Below, one piece after another: positions 24,419 to 33,518 of a stretch of 48,325 bases of DNA. This DNA comes from a candidate division WOR-3 bacterium. GTDB lineage: Bacteria > Hydrothermota > Tepidihabitantia > Tepidihabitantales > Tepidihabitantaceae. How positions within the stretch are numbered: position 1 is the stretch's first letter; the number at the start of each line of letters is the position of its first letter. The position numbers and the translations under genes are program-made. The DNA is taken from assembly GCA_016935775.1 (NCBI GenBank), contig JAFGQF010000278.1, positions 1 to 48,325 of the forward strand, read 5' to 3'. A model generated the notes under the pieces. That model saw only the letters and a list, made by a program, of their open reading frames with translations. It ran no database searches and was not told the DNA's origin.

Positions 24419-26428
24419 TCAGGACACCTCGCTGCCCGGCGCGATCGCCCGGTCCACCGTTACCAACGAGACATCTTCACCCGCGACCGCGGCCAGCAGC
24501 ATCCCGTTAGACTCCACACCGCGGATCTTCGCCGGCTTGAGGTTCGCCACCAGCACGATCGACCGGCCGACCAGGCTCGCCGGGTCGTAAGTCCTACCGA
24601 TGCCGGCGACGACCTGCCGCTGTTCTTCCCCAAGGTCAACCTTCAACTTGAGCAGCTTGTCGGTGCCCTCGACCCGCTCGGCCTCGAGCACCTTCGCGAT
24701 CACCAGCTTGACCCTCCTGAACTCGTCAAACTCCAGCATCTCATCCTCCTCGGCGGCCGGCACGGACGGCTCCGGCGGTGCGCCCAGCTTCGCGACCTGC
24801 GCCTCAATCACCGCATCTTCAATCTTGTTGAAGAGAATCTCGGGCTCGCCCAGTTCGGACGGAACCACGGGCCGGGCCGCGTCATCCCAGCCCCGTCGGC
24901 CCAGGTTCAGCATCCGGCCGAGCTTCGCGCTCGTGAACGGCAGGAAAGGCTGGAACAGCACTTCGAGCGCCGACACCAGCCGAACGCAAGTGTTCATCGT
25001 CCGGTTGCACTGGACCCGGTCGGACTTGAAGGTTCGCCACGGCGCCTGGCCGTCAAAGTAGCGGTTGCCCAGCGCCGGCAGGTTCATCAGCTCGCGCGCC
25101 GCATCCTTGATGCGGAAACCATCAATCATCTTGCCCACCCGGACCGTCGTATCCTCGATTGCCTTCAGCACCTCGAGCCCGGCCGCGTCGTCGGCGGTCG
25201 CATCCGGCACCCGGCCGCCGTAGTTCTTGTGCAGGAAGACCGCCACCCGGTTGACGAAATTGCCGAGCACGTCGGCCAGCTCGTTGTTGTTGCGGGCCAG
25301 GTAGTCGTGCCAGGTGAAGTCCACGTCCCGGTTCTCGGGCAGGTTCAGCGCCAGGGCGTAGCGCAGCGGGTCGGGGGGCAGCTCCGCGAGGTACTCGGGC
25401 AGCCAGACCGCCCAGTTGCGCGAGGTCGAAAGCTTCTTCCCTTCGATGTTGAGAAACTCGTTGGCCGGTATCTCGGCCGGCAGCACCCAGTCACCGTGCG
25501 CCATCAGCATCGCCGGCCAGACCATCGCGTGGAAAACGATGTTGTCCTTGCCGATGAAGTGGACCAGCCTCGTGCCCGGGTCCAGCCAGTAATCCTTCCA
25601 CCGGTCCGGCTGGCCGATGCGCGCGGCCCATTCCTTGGTCGAGGAAATGTAGCCGATGGGCGCGTCGAACAGCCAGACGTACAGCACCTTGCCCGCGGCC
25701 TCGGCCAGCGGCACCGGGACGCCCCACTCGAGGTCGCGGGTGACCGACCGGTCCTGGAGCCCGGCCTTGAACCAGCCCTCGCAGAACCGCTTGACGTTCG
25801 GCTTCCAGTCCGGCTTCGACTCGAGCCACTTCCGCAGCGGCTCCTGGAACTCGGACAGCGCGAAGAACCAGTGGGTCGTCTCCCTGGGCTCGGGCGTGTT
25901 GCCGCAGGTCTTGCAGCGCGGCGCTATCAGCTCGGTCGGCTCGGTCCACCGGCCGCAGGCCTCGCACTGGTCGCCGCGCGCGCCGTCGCTGCCGCAGTAC
26001 GGGCAGGTGCCCTCGACGTAGCGGTCGGCGAGCGACATCCGGCACGAAACGCAGTAGAGCTGCCGCGTGACCCGCGGCTTGATGTATCCCTTGTCGTAGA
26101 CCCGGCGGAAGAAGTCCTGCGCGGTCTTCTGGTGCAGGGGCAGCGAGGTCCGCGAGTAGTTGTCGAACTCGATGCCAAGGTCGGCGAACGACTGCTTGAT
26201 GCGCTCGTGGTAGCGGTCGATGATGACCCGCGGCGTGACTCCCTGCCTGGTCGCGGCCTGCGGGATGGCGACCCCGTGCTCGTCCGAGCCGCAGATGTAG
26301 ACTACGTCCGAACCCTTGAGCCGGTGGTACTTGACGTAGATGTCGGCCGGCAGGTAGGCACCGGCGAGGTGACCGAGATGGATATCTCCGTTGGCGTAAG
26401 GCAGTGCGCTCGTAACCAGTATCCGCAC
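24419..26428 (-). CDS. metG: Methionine--tRNA ligase with a C-terminal tRNA-binding (EMAP-like) domain
   Basis: VRILVTSALPYANGDIHLGHLAGAYLPADIYVKYHRLKG... contains HLGH, a zinc knuckle CPYCGSDGARGDQCEACG and KLSTS. The C-terminus is KLLKLKVDLGEEQRQVVAGI. GTG 26428 sits 7 nt after a -10 box. The upstream 297 codons of the 966-aa ORF are Ser/Pro/Thr-rich junk. Confidence 0.95.
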   Translation of the reverse strand: MRILVTSALPYANGDIHLGHLAGAYLPADIYVKYHRLKGSDVVYICGSDEHGVAIPQAATRQGVTPRVIIDRYHERIKQSFADLGIEFDNYSRTSLPLHQKTAQDFFRRVYDKGYIKPRVTRQLYCVSCRMSLADRYVEGTCPYCGSDGARGDQCEACGRWTEPTELIAPRCKTCGNTPEPRETTHWFFALSEFQEPLRKWLESKPDWKPNVKRFCEGWFKAGLQDRSVTRDLEWGVPVPLAEAAGKVLYVWLFDAPIGYISSTKEWAARIGQPDRWKDYWLDPGTRLVHFIGKDNIVFHAMVWPAMLMAHGDWVLPAEIPANEFLNIEGKKLSTSRNWAVWLPEYLAELPPDPLRYALALNLPENRDVDFTWHDYLARNNNELADVLGNFVNRVAVFLHKNYGGRVPDATADDAAGLEVLKAIEDTTVRVGKMIDGFRIKDAARELMNLPALGNRYFDGQAPWRTFKSDRVQCNRTMNTCVRLVSALEVLFQPFLPFTSAKLGRMLNLGRRGWDDAARPVVPSELGEPEILFNKIEDAVIEAQVAKLGAPPEPSVPAAEEDEMLEFDEFRRVKLVIAKVLEAERVEGTDKLLKLKVDLGEEQRQVVAGIGRTYDPASLVGRSIVLVANLKPAKIRGVESNGMLLAAVAGEDVSLVTVDRAIAPGSEVS

Positions 26429-26435
26429 GGCGCAA

Positions 26436-26463
26436 AGAATACGTCGCGCGCCTCCCAAGTCAA
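26436..26463 (-). promoter_or_regulatory. Promoter of the leaderless type for metG-tatD-rsmA
   Basis: On the minus strand: TTGACT (26463-26458), 16 nt, TATTCT (26441-26436), 7 nt, GTG (26428). Confidence 0.5.
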
Positions 26464-26485
26464 GATGGGCGGTGCGCTTGCCGGC

Positions 26486-26513
26486 TTGACAGCGGGACGC
26501 GCGAAAATAGAAT
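26486..26513 (+). promoter_or_regulatory. Promoter of the leaderless type for the rnf operon
   Basis: TTGACA (26486-26491), 16 nt, TAGAAT (26508-26513), 9 nt, ATG (26523). No Shine-Dalgarno is present. Confidence 0.5.
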
Positions 26514-26522
26514 GGCGGTCTG

Positions 26523-27836
26523 ATGCTGACATTCCGCGGCGGCGTCCACCCGCCCGAGTACAAACAGGCCACCGAGCACAAGCCGGTCGAGACGCTGCCC
26601 CTGCCGACCCGGGTTTCCATCCCGATGTCCCAGCACATCGGCACGCCCTCGAAGCCGGTCGTCGCCAAGGGCGACGTCGTCCGGACCGGCACGCTAGTCG
26701 GCGAGCCCACCGGCCGGGTGTCGGTGCCGACCCACGCCTCGGTCTCGGGCACGGTCGCCGACGTGGTGGAGCAGCCCCACCCGCTCACCGCCCAGAAGAC
26801 GGTCTTTGTCGTCATCGACTCCGATGGGCAGGACACGCCGGACGAGGCCATCGGCGAACAGGACCCGGCCGCGCTCTCGCCCGAGCAGCTCGTCGCGGCC
26901 ATCCGCGACGCCGGCGTCGTCGGCATGGGCGGGGCCGCGTTCCCGACCTTCTTCAAGCTCTCCCCGCCCAGAGAGAAGCCCATCAACACCCTGCTCATCA
27001 ACGGCTGCGAGTGCGAGCCGTTCCTGACCGCCGACCACCGGGTGATGCTCGAGCAGCCGGCCGAACTGGTCGAGGGAACCGGGCTGCTGGCCCGCGCGCT
27101 CGGGGTCGACGACGTCATTATCGGGATCGAGAACAACAAGCCCGACGCCATCGAGGCCCTGGCTCGGGCCGTTGCCGGCACCGGCATCAGGGTGCAGGGA
27201 CTGAAGACCAAGTACCCGCAGGGCGCCGAGAAGCAGCTCATCAAGGCCTGCCTATTCCGCGAGGTGCCGTCCGGCGGGCTGCCGATGGACGTCGGCTGCG
27301 TGGTCCAGAACGTCGGCACCGCGGTCGCGGTCCGGGACGCGGTCCGGTTCCGCCGCCCGCTCTACGAGCGGGTCACGACCGTCACCGGCCCGGGCGTCTG
27401 CGACCCGAAGAACCTGCGCGTCCGCGTCGGCACCCCGGTGAGCGAGCTCATCGCCGCCTGCGGGGGCTACAACGGCGAGCCGGCCAAACTCATCATGGGC
27501 GGCCCGATGATGGGTATCGCGGTCCCGGACGACACCGTGCCCGTGCTCAAGGGCACCTCGGGCGTGCTGGTGCTCGACCCGGCCTCGGCCGCCGAGCTCG
27601 AGGACTGCGACTGCATCCGCTGCGGCCGGTGCATCAAGGTCTGCCCGATGGGCCTGGCGCCCCAGCGGCTTTACTACCACATCCGGTCGCGACGGCTCGA
27701 CGACGCCGAGCGGGAACACGTGATGGGCTGCATCGAGTGCGGCTGCTGCGCCTTCGGCTGTCCCGCCCAGATCCGCCTGGTTCACCATTTCAAGTACGCC
27801 AAGTCCGAGGTTTTCGCCCGGCGGAAGAAGAAGTGA
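26523..27836 (+). CDS. rnfC: Rnf electron transport complex subunit C
   Basis: MLTFRGGVHPPEYKQAT...IPMSQHIGTP...GMGGAAFPT...LLINGCECEPFLTADHRVM...CIRCGRCIKVCPMGL...CIECGCCAFGCPAQI matches RnfC. Confidence 0.95.
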   Translation: MLTFRGGVHPPEYKQATEHKPVETLPLPTRVSIPMSQHIGTPSKPVVAKGDVVRTGTLVGEPTGRVSVPTHASVSGTVADVVEQPHPLTAQKTVFVVIDSDGQDTPDEAIGEQDPAALSPEQLVAAIRDAGVVGMGGAAFPTFFKLSPPREKPINTLLINGCECEPFLTADHRVMLEQPAELVEGTGLLARALGVDDVIIGIENNKPDAIEALARAVAGTGIRVQGLKTKYPQGAEKQLIKACLFREVPSGGLPMDVGCVVQNVGTAVAVRDAVRFRRPLYERVTTVTGPGVCDPKNLRVRVGTPVSELIAACGGYNGEPAKLIMGGPMMGIAVPDDTVPVLKGTSGVLVLDPASAAELEDCDCIRCGRCIKVCPMGLAPQRLYYHIRSRRLDDAEREHVMGCIECGCCAFGCPAQIRLVHHFKYAKSEVFARRKKK

Positions 27837-27840
27837 CGCC

Positions 27841-28866
27841 GTGAAACTCACCGTCACCGCCTCTCCCCACCTGCGCTCGGGCGCCTCGGTCCAGCGGGTG
27901 ATGTGGGCGGTCGTAATCGCGCTGCTCCCCGCCTTCGCCGGCTCGGTCTGGTTCTTCGGCTGGCGCGCGCTGATGCTCGTCGGCCTGAGCATCGCCTCGG
28001 CGGTCGGCTTCGATGCGCTCAGCCAGCGGCTGTTCGGCCGCAGGGTAACGGTCAGCGACGGCAGCGCCGTCATCACCGGGCTGCTGCTGGCCTTCAACCT
28101 GCCGCCGGGCGTCCCTTGGTGGATTCCCGTCGTCGGCTCGGCCTTCGCGGTCGTCATCGTCAAGCAGTTCTTCGGCGGCCTCGGCCACAACTTCGTCAAC
28201 CCGGCCCTGGCCGCCCGCGCCTTCCTGATGGTCTCCTGGCCGAGCCACATGACCTCGCTCTGGCTGGCCCCGCGTGGCGGCACCGTTTCTGGGCTTGGTC
28301 TCGACGCCGTCACCGGCGCTACCCCGCTCGGGGTACTCAAGAATGCCGCCGAACTCGTCGGGCCGACCGGCGACGTTCCGGGCCTGCTGGCCCAGGCCCA
28401 GTCGTGGCCGGTCATCGGCAAGCTCTTCATTGGCCAGGTCGGCGGCTGCCTCGGCGAAACCTCGGCCTTGCTGCTCATCGCCGGCGGGCTCTTCCTCATT
28501 CTCTTCCACGGCATCATCGACTGGCGCATCCCGATCGGCTACATAGGCACCGTTCTTCTCCTGACGCTGGTGCTGCCCGGGCCGAAAACCTACCTGCTGC
28601 CCTACCTGCTCTACCACGTCTTCAGCGGCGGCCTGATGCTCGGTGCCTTCTTCATGGCGACCGACTACGTCACCTCACCCATCACCGGCAAGGGACGCTG
28701 GATATTCGCGGTTGGCTGCGGGGTCCTGACCGTCGTCATCCGGCTCTGGGGCGGCTACCCCGAGGGCGTTTCCTATTCCATCCTGCTGATGAACGTCGCG
28801 ACCCCGCTCATCGACCGGTTCACCCGGCCGCGACTCTTCGGCGCGCTGAAGAAGGCGAAGGCATGA
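27841..28866 (+). CDS. rnfD: Rnf complex subunit D
   Basis: The SPHLRSGASVQRVMWAVVIALLPA start, the covalent-FMN motif region DAVTGATPLG, and FFMATDYVTSP match RnfD. GTG start. Confidence 0.95.
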   Translation: MKLTVTASPHLRSGASVQRVMWAVVIALLPAFAGSVWFFGWRALMLVGLSIASAVGFDALSQRLFGRRVTVSDGSAVITGLLLAFNLPPGVPWWIPVVGSAFAVVIVKQFFGGLGHNFVNPALAARAFLMVSWPSHMTSLWLAPRGGTVSGLGLDAVTGATPLGVLKNAAELVGPTGDVPGLLAQAQSWPVIGKLFIGQVGGCLGETSALLLIAGGLFLILFHGIIDWRIPIGYIGTVLLLTLVLPGPKTYLLPYLLYHVFSGGLMLGAFFMATDYVTSPITGKGRWIFAVGCGVLTVVIRLWGGYPEGVSYSILLMNVATPLIDRFTRPRLFGALKKAKA

Positions 28867-29450
28867 GCGCTTCCCAATCCGCCTGGGTGCAGGGCCGGGT
28901 CTGGATGGTCCTCTCGCTGGTTATCGTCTGCATCGCCGCCGCCGTCGGCCTGGCGCGGGTCTACGGCGTCACCAAGCCGGTCATTGACCAGCAGAAGATC
29001 GACGCGGTCAACCAGGCCCTGGCCGCGGTCCTGCCCGGCACCGACCATTTCGAAGAGCAGGTCCCCGGCGAGCTCTGGTACGGCTTCGACGCCCAGGACG
29101 TGCGGACCGGTGCGGTCGTCCGCGTCGCGCCCCGCGGCTACGCCGGCCCGGTCGAAACCCTCGCCGGCGTCGGCCTGGACGGGCTCGTCACCGGCATCGT
29201 CATCACGTCGCTGAAGGAAACTCCGGGGCTCGGGCTCAAGGCCACCCAGGCGTGGTTCCGCGACCAGTTCCGGGGCAAGCCCGCCGCCGAACTGAAACTG
29301 GACAAGGACGGCGGCACGCTCGACGCTATCTCTGCCGCTACGATCACCTCGCGCGCGGTCACCAACGGCGTGCGCGAAGGCATCGAGAAGTACCTCGACC
29401 GACTGCTCCCCGCCCAACCGGGAATGTCCGACACCACCGGCGATGAATAA
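28863..29450 (+). CDS. rnfG: Rnf complex subunit G
   Basis: An N-terminal TM helix is followed by GYAGPVETLAGVGLDG...TPGLG...DAISAATITSRAV, the FMN-binding S(G/A)AT motif. The ATG overlaps the rnfD stop (ATGA). It is in the frame of ORF 27903..29450. Confidence 0.9.
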   Translation: MSASQSAWVQGRVWMVLSLVIVCIAAAVGLARVYGVTKPVIDQQKIDAVNQALAAVLPGTDHFEEQVPGELWYGFDAQDVRTGAVVRVAPRGYAGPVETLAGVGLDGLVTGIVITSLKETPGLGLKATQAWFRDQFRGKPAAELKLDKDGGTLDAISAATITSRAVTNGVREGIEKYLDRLLPAQPGMSDTTGDE

Positions 29451-30063
29451 GAAACCCTCGCGCCTGAGCTACTTCACCTCCGGCATCGTTGTCGAAAACC
29501 CGGTCCTCATCCTGATGATCGGCCTCTGCCCGACGCTGGCGACAACGGTCTCGGCCCGCGACGGCTTCGGCATGGGCCTGGCCGCCAGCTTCGTGCTCAT
29601 CGCCTCGAACGTCGTCGTGTCGCTCGTCCGTCGGTTCGTCCCCAACTCCATCCGTATCCCGATCTTCATCATCATCATCTCGACCTTCGTCACCATCATC
29701 GATTACGTCCTCCAGGCCTACCAGCCCTCGCTCTACAAGGTACTTGGCGTCTTCGTGCCGCTCATCGTCGTCAACTGCATAATTCTCGGCCGGGCCGAGG
29801 CCTTCGCCTACCACCACGGCGTCTGGGACTCGTTCCTCGACGGCCTCGGCAAGGCACTCGGCTTCACCCTCGCTCTCGGCGTGATGGGCATCATCCGCGA
29901 GTTGCTCTCGGCCGGCACCGTCTTCGGGTTTGCGGTCACGCCCGCCGGCTTCCGCGAGTCCCCGGTTCTCTTCATGATCTTCGCCCCGGGCGCCTTCCTG
30001 CTGATCGGAATTCTCAAGAGCATCGTCAACCGGCTGACCGCGAAGAAGGAAGAGAAGGCATGA
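29443..30063 (+). CDS. rnfE: Rnf complex subunit E
   Basis: NPVLILMIGLCPTLATT...GVFVPLIVVNCIILGRAEAFA matches RnfE. Confidence 0.95.
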   Translation: MNKKPSRLSYFTSGIVVENPVLILMIGLCPTLATTVSARDGFGMGLAASFVLIASNVVVSLVRRFVPNSIRIPIFIIIISTFVTIIDYVLQAYQPSLYKVLGVFVPLIVVNCIILGRAEAFAYHHGVWDSFLDGLGKALGFTLALGVMGIIRELLSAGTVFGFAVTPAGFRESPVLFMIFAPGAFLLIGILKSIVNRLTAKKEEKA

Positions 30064-30650
30064 ACCTCAACGCCGGCCAGATACTCCTCGGCGCGTTTCT
30101 GGTCAACAACATCCTGCTGATGCGCTTCATCGGCCTCTGCCCTTTCTTCGGGGTCTCCAACGCGGTCGGCACCGCCACCGGGATGTCGGGCGCGGTGATA
30201 TTCGTGATGCTCCTCGCGACCTGGGTCACCTGGGTACTTTTCCACGTCGTGCTCGTCCCGCTCGGGCTGGTCTTCCTGCGCACGGCGGTCTTCATCCTCG
30301 TCATCGCCGCGCTCGTTCAGTTCGTCGAGATGTTCCTCAGGAAGAACATGCGGGCGCTGTACTCGGCGCTCGGCATCTACCTGCCGCTCATCACGACCAA
30401 CTGCGCCATCCTCGGCGTCACCTTCCTGAATATCGACTACGGCTTCAACCTGCTGAACGCGACCATCTTCTCGGTCGGCACCGGCCTCGGCTTCACGCTC
30501 GTCATCGTCCTCTTTGCCGCCATCCGCGAGCGACTCGCCGACGCGCCGATATCGAGGAGCTTCAAGGGCTACCCCATCGCCTTCGTTGCCGCGTCGCTGG
30601 TGTCGCTCGCCTTCCTCGGCTTCGCCGGCCTCTTCGGGATAGCGTTCTGA
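30060..30650 (+). CDS. rnfA: Rnf complex subunit A
   Basis: LVNNILLMRFIGLCPFFGVS...LGIYLPLITTNCAILGV matches RnfA. ATGA overlap with rnfE. Confidence 0.95.
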   Translation: MNLNAGQILLGAFLVNNILLMRFIGLCPFFGVSNAVGTATGMSGAVIFVMLLATWVTWVLFHVVLVPLGLVFLRTAVFILVIAALVQFVEMFLRKNMRALYSALGIYLPLITTNCAILGVTFLNIDYGFNLLNATIFSVGTGLGFTLVIVLFAAIRERLADAPISRSFKGYPIAFVAASLVSLAFLGFAGLFGIAF

Positions 30651-30738
30651 CCAATGCGCATCACCATAGCGGGCGCAGACGGGGTGACGGTCCCGGCGGG
30701 TTGCGTTCAGCACCCCCGCACGGTCACCCGAAGCTAAG

Positions 30739-31761
30739 ATGGACCTGCTCCTTCTGCTGAAGGCCGCCGCCGGGCTTGGTATTCTCGGCCTACTGCTGGG
30801 CGTCGTCCTGCTCGTCGCCTCGATCAGACTCGCCGTGAAAGTGGACCCGCGCGAGGAGCGTGTCCGTTCCGCGCTGCCCGGCGCGAACTGCGGAGGCTGC
30901 GGCTACCCTGGCTGCGACGGCTACGCCGCGGCGGTCGTAGCGGGCGAGGCGCCCACCAACGCCTGCCCGGTGGGTGGAGCCTCCGTCGCCCGCCAGGTCG
31001 CCGATATCATGGGAACGGACGCTTCGGCGCCCGAACCGGTCGTAGCCAAGCTCATCTGTCGGGGCGGGACCGAGCAGGCCCCGAACCGGTTCCAGTACCA
31101 GGGGGCTACCAACTGCCGCCAGGCCGCGCTGCTGCTCGGGGGCCCCAAGGCCTGCATCTACGGCTGCATCGGCATGGGGCACTGCGTGACCGTCTGCCCG
31201 TTTGGCGCCATCCGGCTGGGCGACGACAACCTCCCGGTAATCGACGAAAAGAAGTGCACCGGCTGCGGCGCCTGCGTGCGCGAGTGCCCGAAGCACGTTC
31301 TCCGACTGCTGCCCGCGTCCAAGCTGGTCTATCTGGCCTGTGCATCCCACGACAAGGGCCGCGCGGTCAAGGCCGTCTGCAAGGTCGGCTGCATCGGCTG
31401 CGGCCTCTGCGTCAAAAACTGCCCGGTCGGGGCCCTGAAACTGGTTGACAACCTGCCCGTGATGGACGAAGCAAAGTGCATTGACTGCGGCATCTGCGTG
31501 CACAAGTGCCCGACAAACAGCTTCATCGACCGCGCCAGGGGCCGACCGCGCGCCGTCATCAACAACAACTGCAATGGCTGCACCCTCTGCGCCACGAAGG
31601 CGTGCAAGTTCAAGGCAATCGAGGGCGAACCAAAGCAGAAACACCGCGTCATCACCGAGAAATGCATCGGGTGCGGAGAGTGCGTCAAGGTCTGCCCCAA
31701 GGACGCAATCGACATGGTCGGCGCGCTGGGCCACGCCCACTCCTCTCCCCGGACCATCTGA
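30739..31761 (+). CDS. rnfB: Rnf complex subunit B, long polyferredoxin form
   Basis: An N-terminal TM helix is followed by CGGCGYPGCDGYA...ACP. At least five canonical CX2CX2CX3C motifs follow (CTGCGACVRECP, CIGCGLCVKNCP, CIDCGICVHKCP, CNGCTLCATKAC, CIGCGECVKVCP), plus one variant. Confidence 0.9.
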   Translation: MDLLLLLKAAAGLGILGLLLGVVLLVASIRLAVKVDPREERVRSALPGANCGGCGYPGCDGYAAAVVAGEAPTNACPVGGASVARQVADIMGTDASAPEPVVAKLICRGGTEQAPNRFQYQGATNCRQAALLLGGPKACIYGCIGMGHCVTVCPFGAIRLGDDNLPVIDEKKCTGCGACVRECPKHVLRLLPASKLVYLACASHDKGRAVKAVCKVGCIGCGLCVKNCPVGALKLVDNLPVMDEAKCIDCGICVHKCPTNSFIDRARGRPRAVINNNCNGCTLCATKACKFKAIEGEPKQKHRVITEKCIGCGECVKVCPKDAIDMVGALGHAHSSPRTI

Positions 31762-31765
31762 AAGA

Positions 31766-31793
31766 CTGCGGGCCACCCGAGGGCGGCCCGCAG
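31766..31793. terminator. Strong hairpin between convergent rnfB and the hydrogenase operon (bidirectional terminator candidate)
   Basis: CTGCGGGCC-A-CCC-GA-GGG-C-GGCCCGCAG forms 9+3 bp of stem. It lies 5 nt after the rnfB stop and 17 nt after the minus-strand stop at 31810. No U-tract is present. Confidence 0.45.
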
Positions 31794-31809
31794 AAACATC
31801 AGCAGAGGG

Positions 31810-32427
31810 CTACTGGCCCCACTGCTCGTTGAGGTACACCTTGCGTCGACACTCCGGGCAGAGGACTCGCATTGTGCCGGACCTGTAGGGAGAATCGTCC
31901 GTGTCGGGCATGGGCGGCAACGAAACACCCAAAGACTCATACTTGGCCAGAAAGAGAGTCGGGTTGGCGCTGGCCAGGTCCCCGACTTTGTGAGACAGGT
32001 AGACGAGGTGAGCCTTGGCGGCAAATGGCTCACCGCACTTCTCGCAGAAGGCGAGCTCCTTCTCAACCGAGGTACTCCAGTCCTCGGACCTTTCGGTGCG
32101 TGCGGTGTCAAACTCAGTCGACTGGTAGATGGCATCGCCGACGGTGCAATAGCGCACGCACTGTCCGCAGTAGATGCAGCGCTCGGCGTGGTGGATATTC
32201 CGGATCACGCCCTTCTCTCGGTCGACCAGTATCTCACGGGCATTGGTCGGACAGACATTGCAGCACGCGCCACAACAGATGCACTTCTCCTCGCGGAACT
32301 TGAGCATGCCGCGGTAGTTGGGATGGACCGAATCAACGGACTTGGGAAACCTCGTGGTGAACGGACCACCGAAAACCGCCCGCAGGGCTTCGCCGAGTTC
32401 ACGCAGCTTGGGCAGGGGGACTCTCAT
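31810..32427 (-). CDS. NuoI/MbhN-like 2x[4Fe-4S] ferredoxin subunit with a Cys4 C-terminal extension
   Basis: CICCGACCNVCP and CIYCGQCVRYC are followed by an extra ~70 aa with FCEKCGEPF...VLCPECRRK. The ATG overlaps the mrpG stop (TAATG). Confidence 0.8.
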   Translation of the reverse strand: MRVPLPKLRELGEALRAVFGGPFTTRFPKSVDSVHPNYRGMLKFREEKCICCGACCNVCPTNAREILVDREKGVIRNIHHAERCIYCGQCVRYCTVGDAIYQSTEFDTARTERSEDWSTSVEKELAFCEKCGEPFAAKAHLVYLSHKVGDLASANPTLFLAKYESLGVSLPPMPDTDDSPYRSGTMRVLCPECRRKVYLNEQWGQ

Positions 32428-32777
32428 TACTGCTCCTCGATAATCGAATCGGCCCCGCGGTCAGCAGTGAATTCGTCTCTGATCGTACCTCTCCAGAGCT
32501 TCACCCCGAACAACAACGAACCACGGGAAAGAGCGTGGGACGCGACCGGCAGGTTGAAGATGACGAACAGCACCGCCACCAAAGCCTTGATACCGAGCGA
32601 GTCAAAGCCGGCGATCAAGAAGATGCCAAAAAGAATGCCGCACGTGCCGAGCGTGACGCTCTTCGTGGCCGCTTGCATCCGGTTGTAGAGGTCCGGGAAA
32701 CGAACCAACCCAAGGCAGCCAAGCAGGTTGAACACCACGCCGGCAACGATGAAGAACCAGCCGATGGTGTCAGTCAT
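32427..32777 (-). CDS. mrpG: Mrp/Mnh antiporter subunit G
   Basis: MTDTIGWFFIVAGVVFNLLGCLGLVRFPDLYNRMQAATKSVTLG is the MnhG signature. The ATG lies inside ORF 32427..32846. Confidence 0.85.
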   Translation of the reverse strand: MTDTIGWFFIVAGVVFNLLGCLGLVRFPDLYNRMQAATKSVTLGTCGILFGIFLIAGFDSLGIKALVAVLFVIFNLPVASHALSRGSLLFGVKLWRGTIRDEFTADRGADSIIEEQ

Positions 32778-33024
32778 CAAGACTCCTCCCGGACAGGTAC
32801 TTTGCCAGCGCAAGGGTTGCGACGAACGATATGATCGCCAGGGCAATCGACAGGTCGAGCAGGTAAGCCAGCCGCAAACGCAACCCCATCAGGGCCGTTA
32901 TGCTCGAGAAGATAACCGCCATGACATCGACCGCGATCACCCGGTCAGGTATGCTGGGTCCGCGCAGCACTCGGTACAGGCAGAAGAACGCCCCCAGCAC
33001 AAGTAGCACAATCAGGATCGTCAT
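32770..33024 (-). CDS. mrpF: Mrp/Mnh antiporter subunit F
   Basis: MTILIVLLVLGAFFCLYRVLRGPSIPDRVIAVDV... contains the MnhF GP-x2-DR motif. Confidence 0.85.
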   Translation of the reverse strand: MTILIVLLVLGAFFCLYRVLRGPSIPDRVIAVDVMAVIFSSITALMGLRLRLAYLLDLSIALAIISFVATLALAKYLSGRSLDD

Positions 33025-33515
33025 TCAAAAATCCTCGCCAACAGTCGCTCAAACGGGCCCTTGATGATCCGCGCGGCCTCGTCAGGGTCGTCGGTGCGGA
33101 CATCAATCCAATGGATGTAGAGAATGTCGCCCTGCATCTCGACTGTCATCGTGCCCGGGGTCAGGGTAATCGAATTGGCCAGGAAGGTCCGCGCCAACTC
33201 GGACTTCAGGCTGGTACGGATCTTCACGATGCCCGGCTTGAGCATCAGGCCCGGGGCTACCACTCGCAACGCCACGTCAATATTAGCCTTGAGACACTGG
33301 TAAGCGAACACGGGAATGTAGACCAGCAGCCAGAACCAACGTCTCGGGTTGAACAGGCGCACCGGGGCAAGCGGAAGTTCGCCGCCGAAGACGATTGCTG
33401 CGAAGAAGCTCAAGATCACGCCGGCAACCAACGATGGCAAACGCACGCTCCAGGTCAGGAGCAACCATATGGCCATTGCGGCAACCCAGTAGACCAGCGT
33501 TCGCGACAATCTCAC
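33021..33515 (-). CDS. mrpE: Mrp/Mnh antiporter subunit E
   Basis: 164 aa, with two N-terminal TM helices followed by a soluble domain. Position and size are typical of MnhE/MbhA. ATGA overlap with mrpF. Confidence 0.75.
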   Translation of the reverse strand: MRLSRTLVYWVAAMAIWLLLTWSVRLPSLVAGVILSFFAAIVFGGELPLAPVRLFNPRRWFWLLVYIPVFAYQCLKANIDVALRVVAPGLMLKPGIVKIRTSLKSELARTFLANSITLTPGTMTVEMQGDILYIHWIDVRTDDPDEAARIIKGPFERLLARIFE

Positions 33516-33518
33516 TCG

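Noticed and set aside
25229-27844. 871-aa plus-strand ORF spanning antisense metG and an alternate frame of rnfC
   Set aside because: It crosses a promoter-containing intergenic region and two well-supported genes. Its composition is dominated by R/G/P/A. It is a high-GC artefact.
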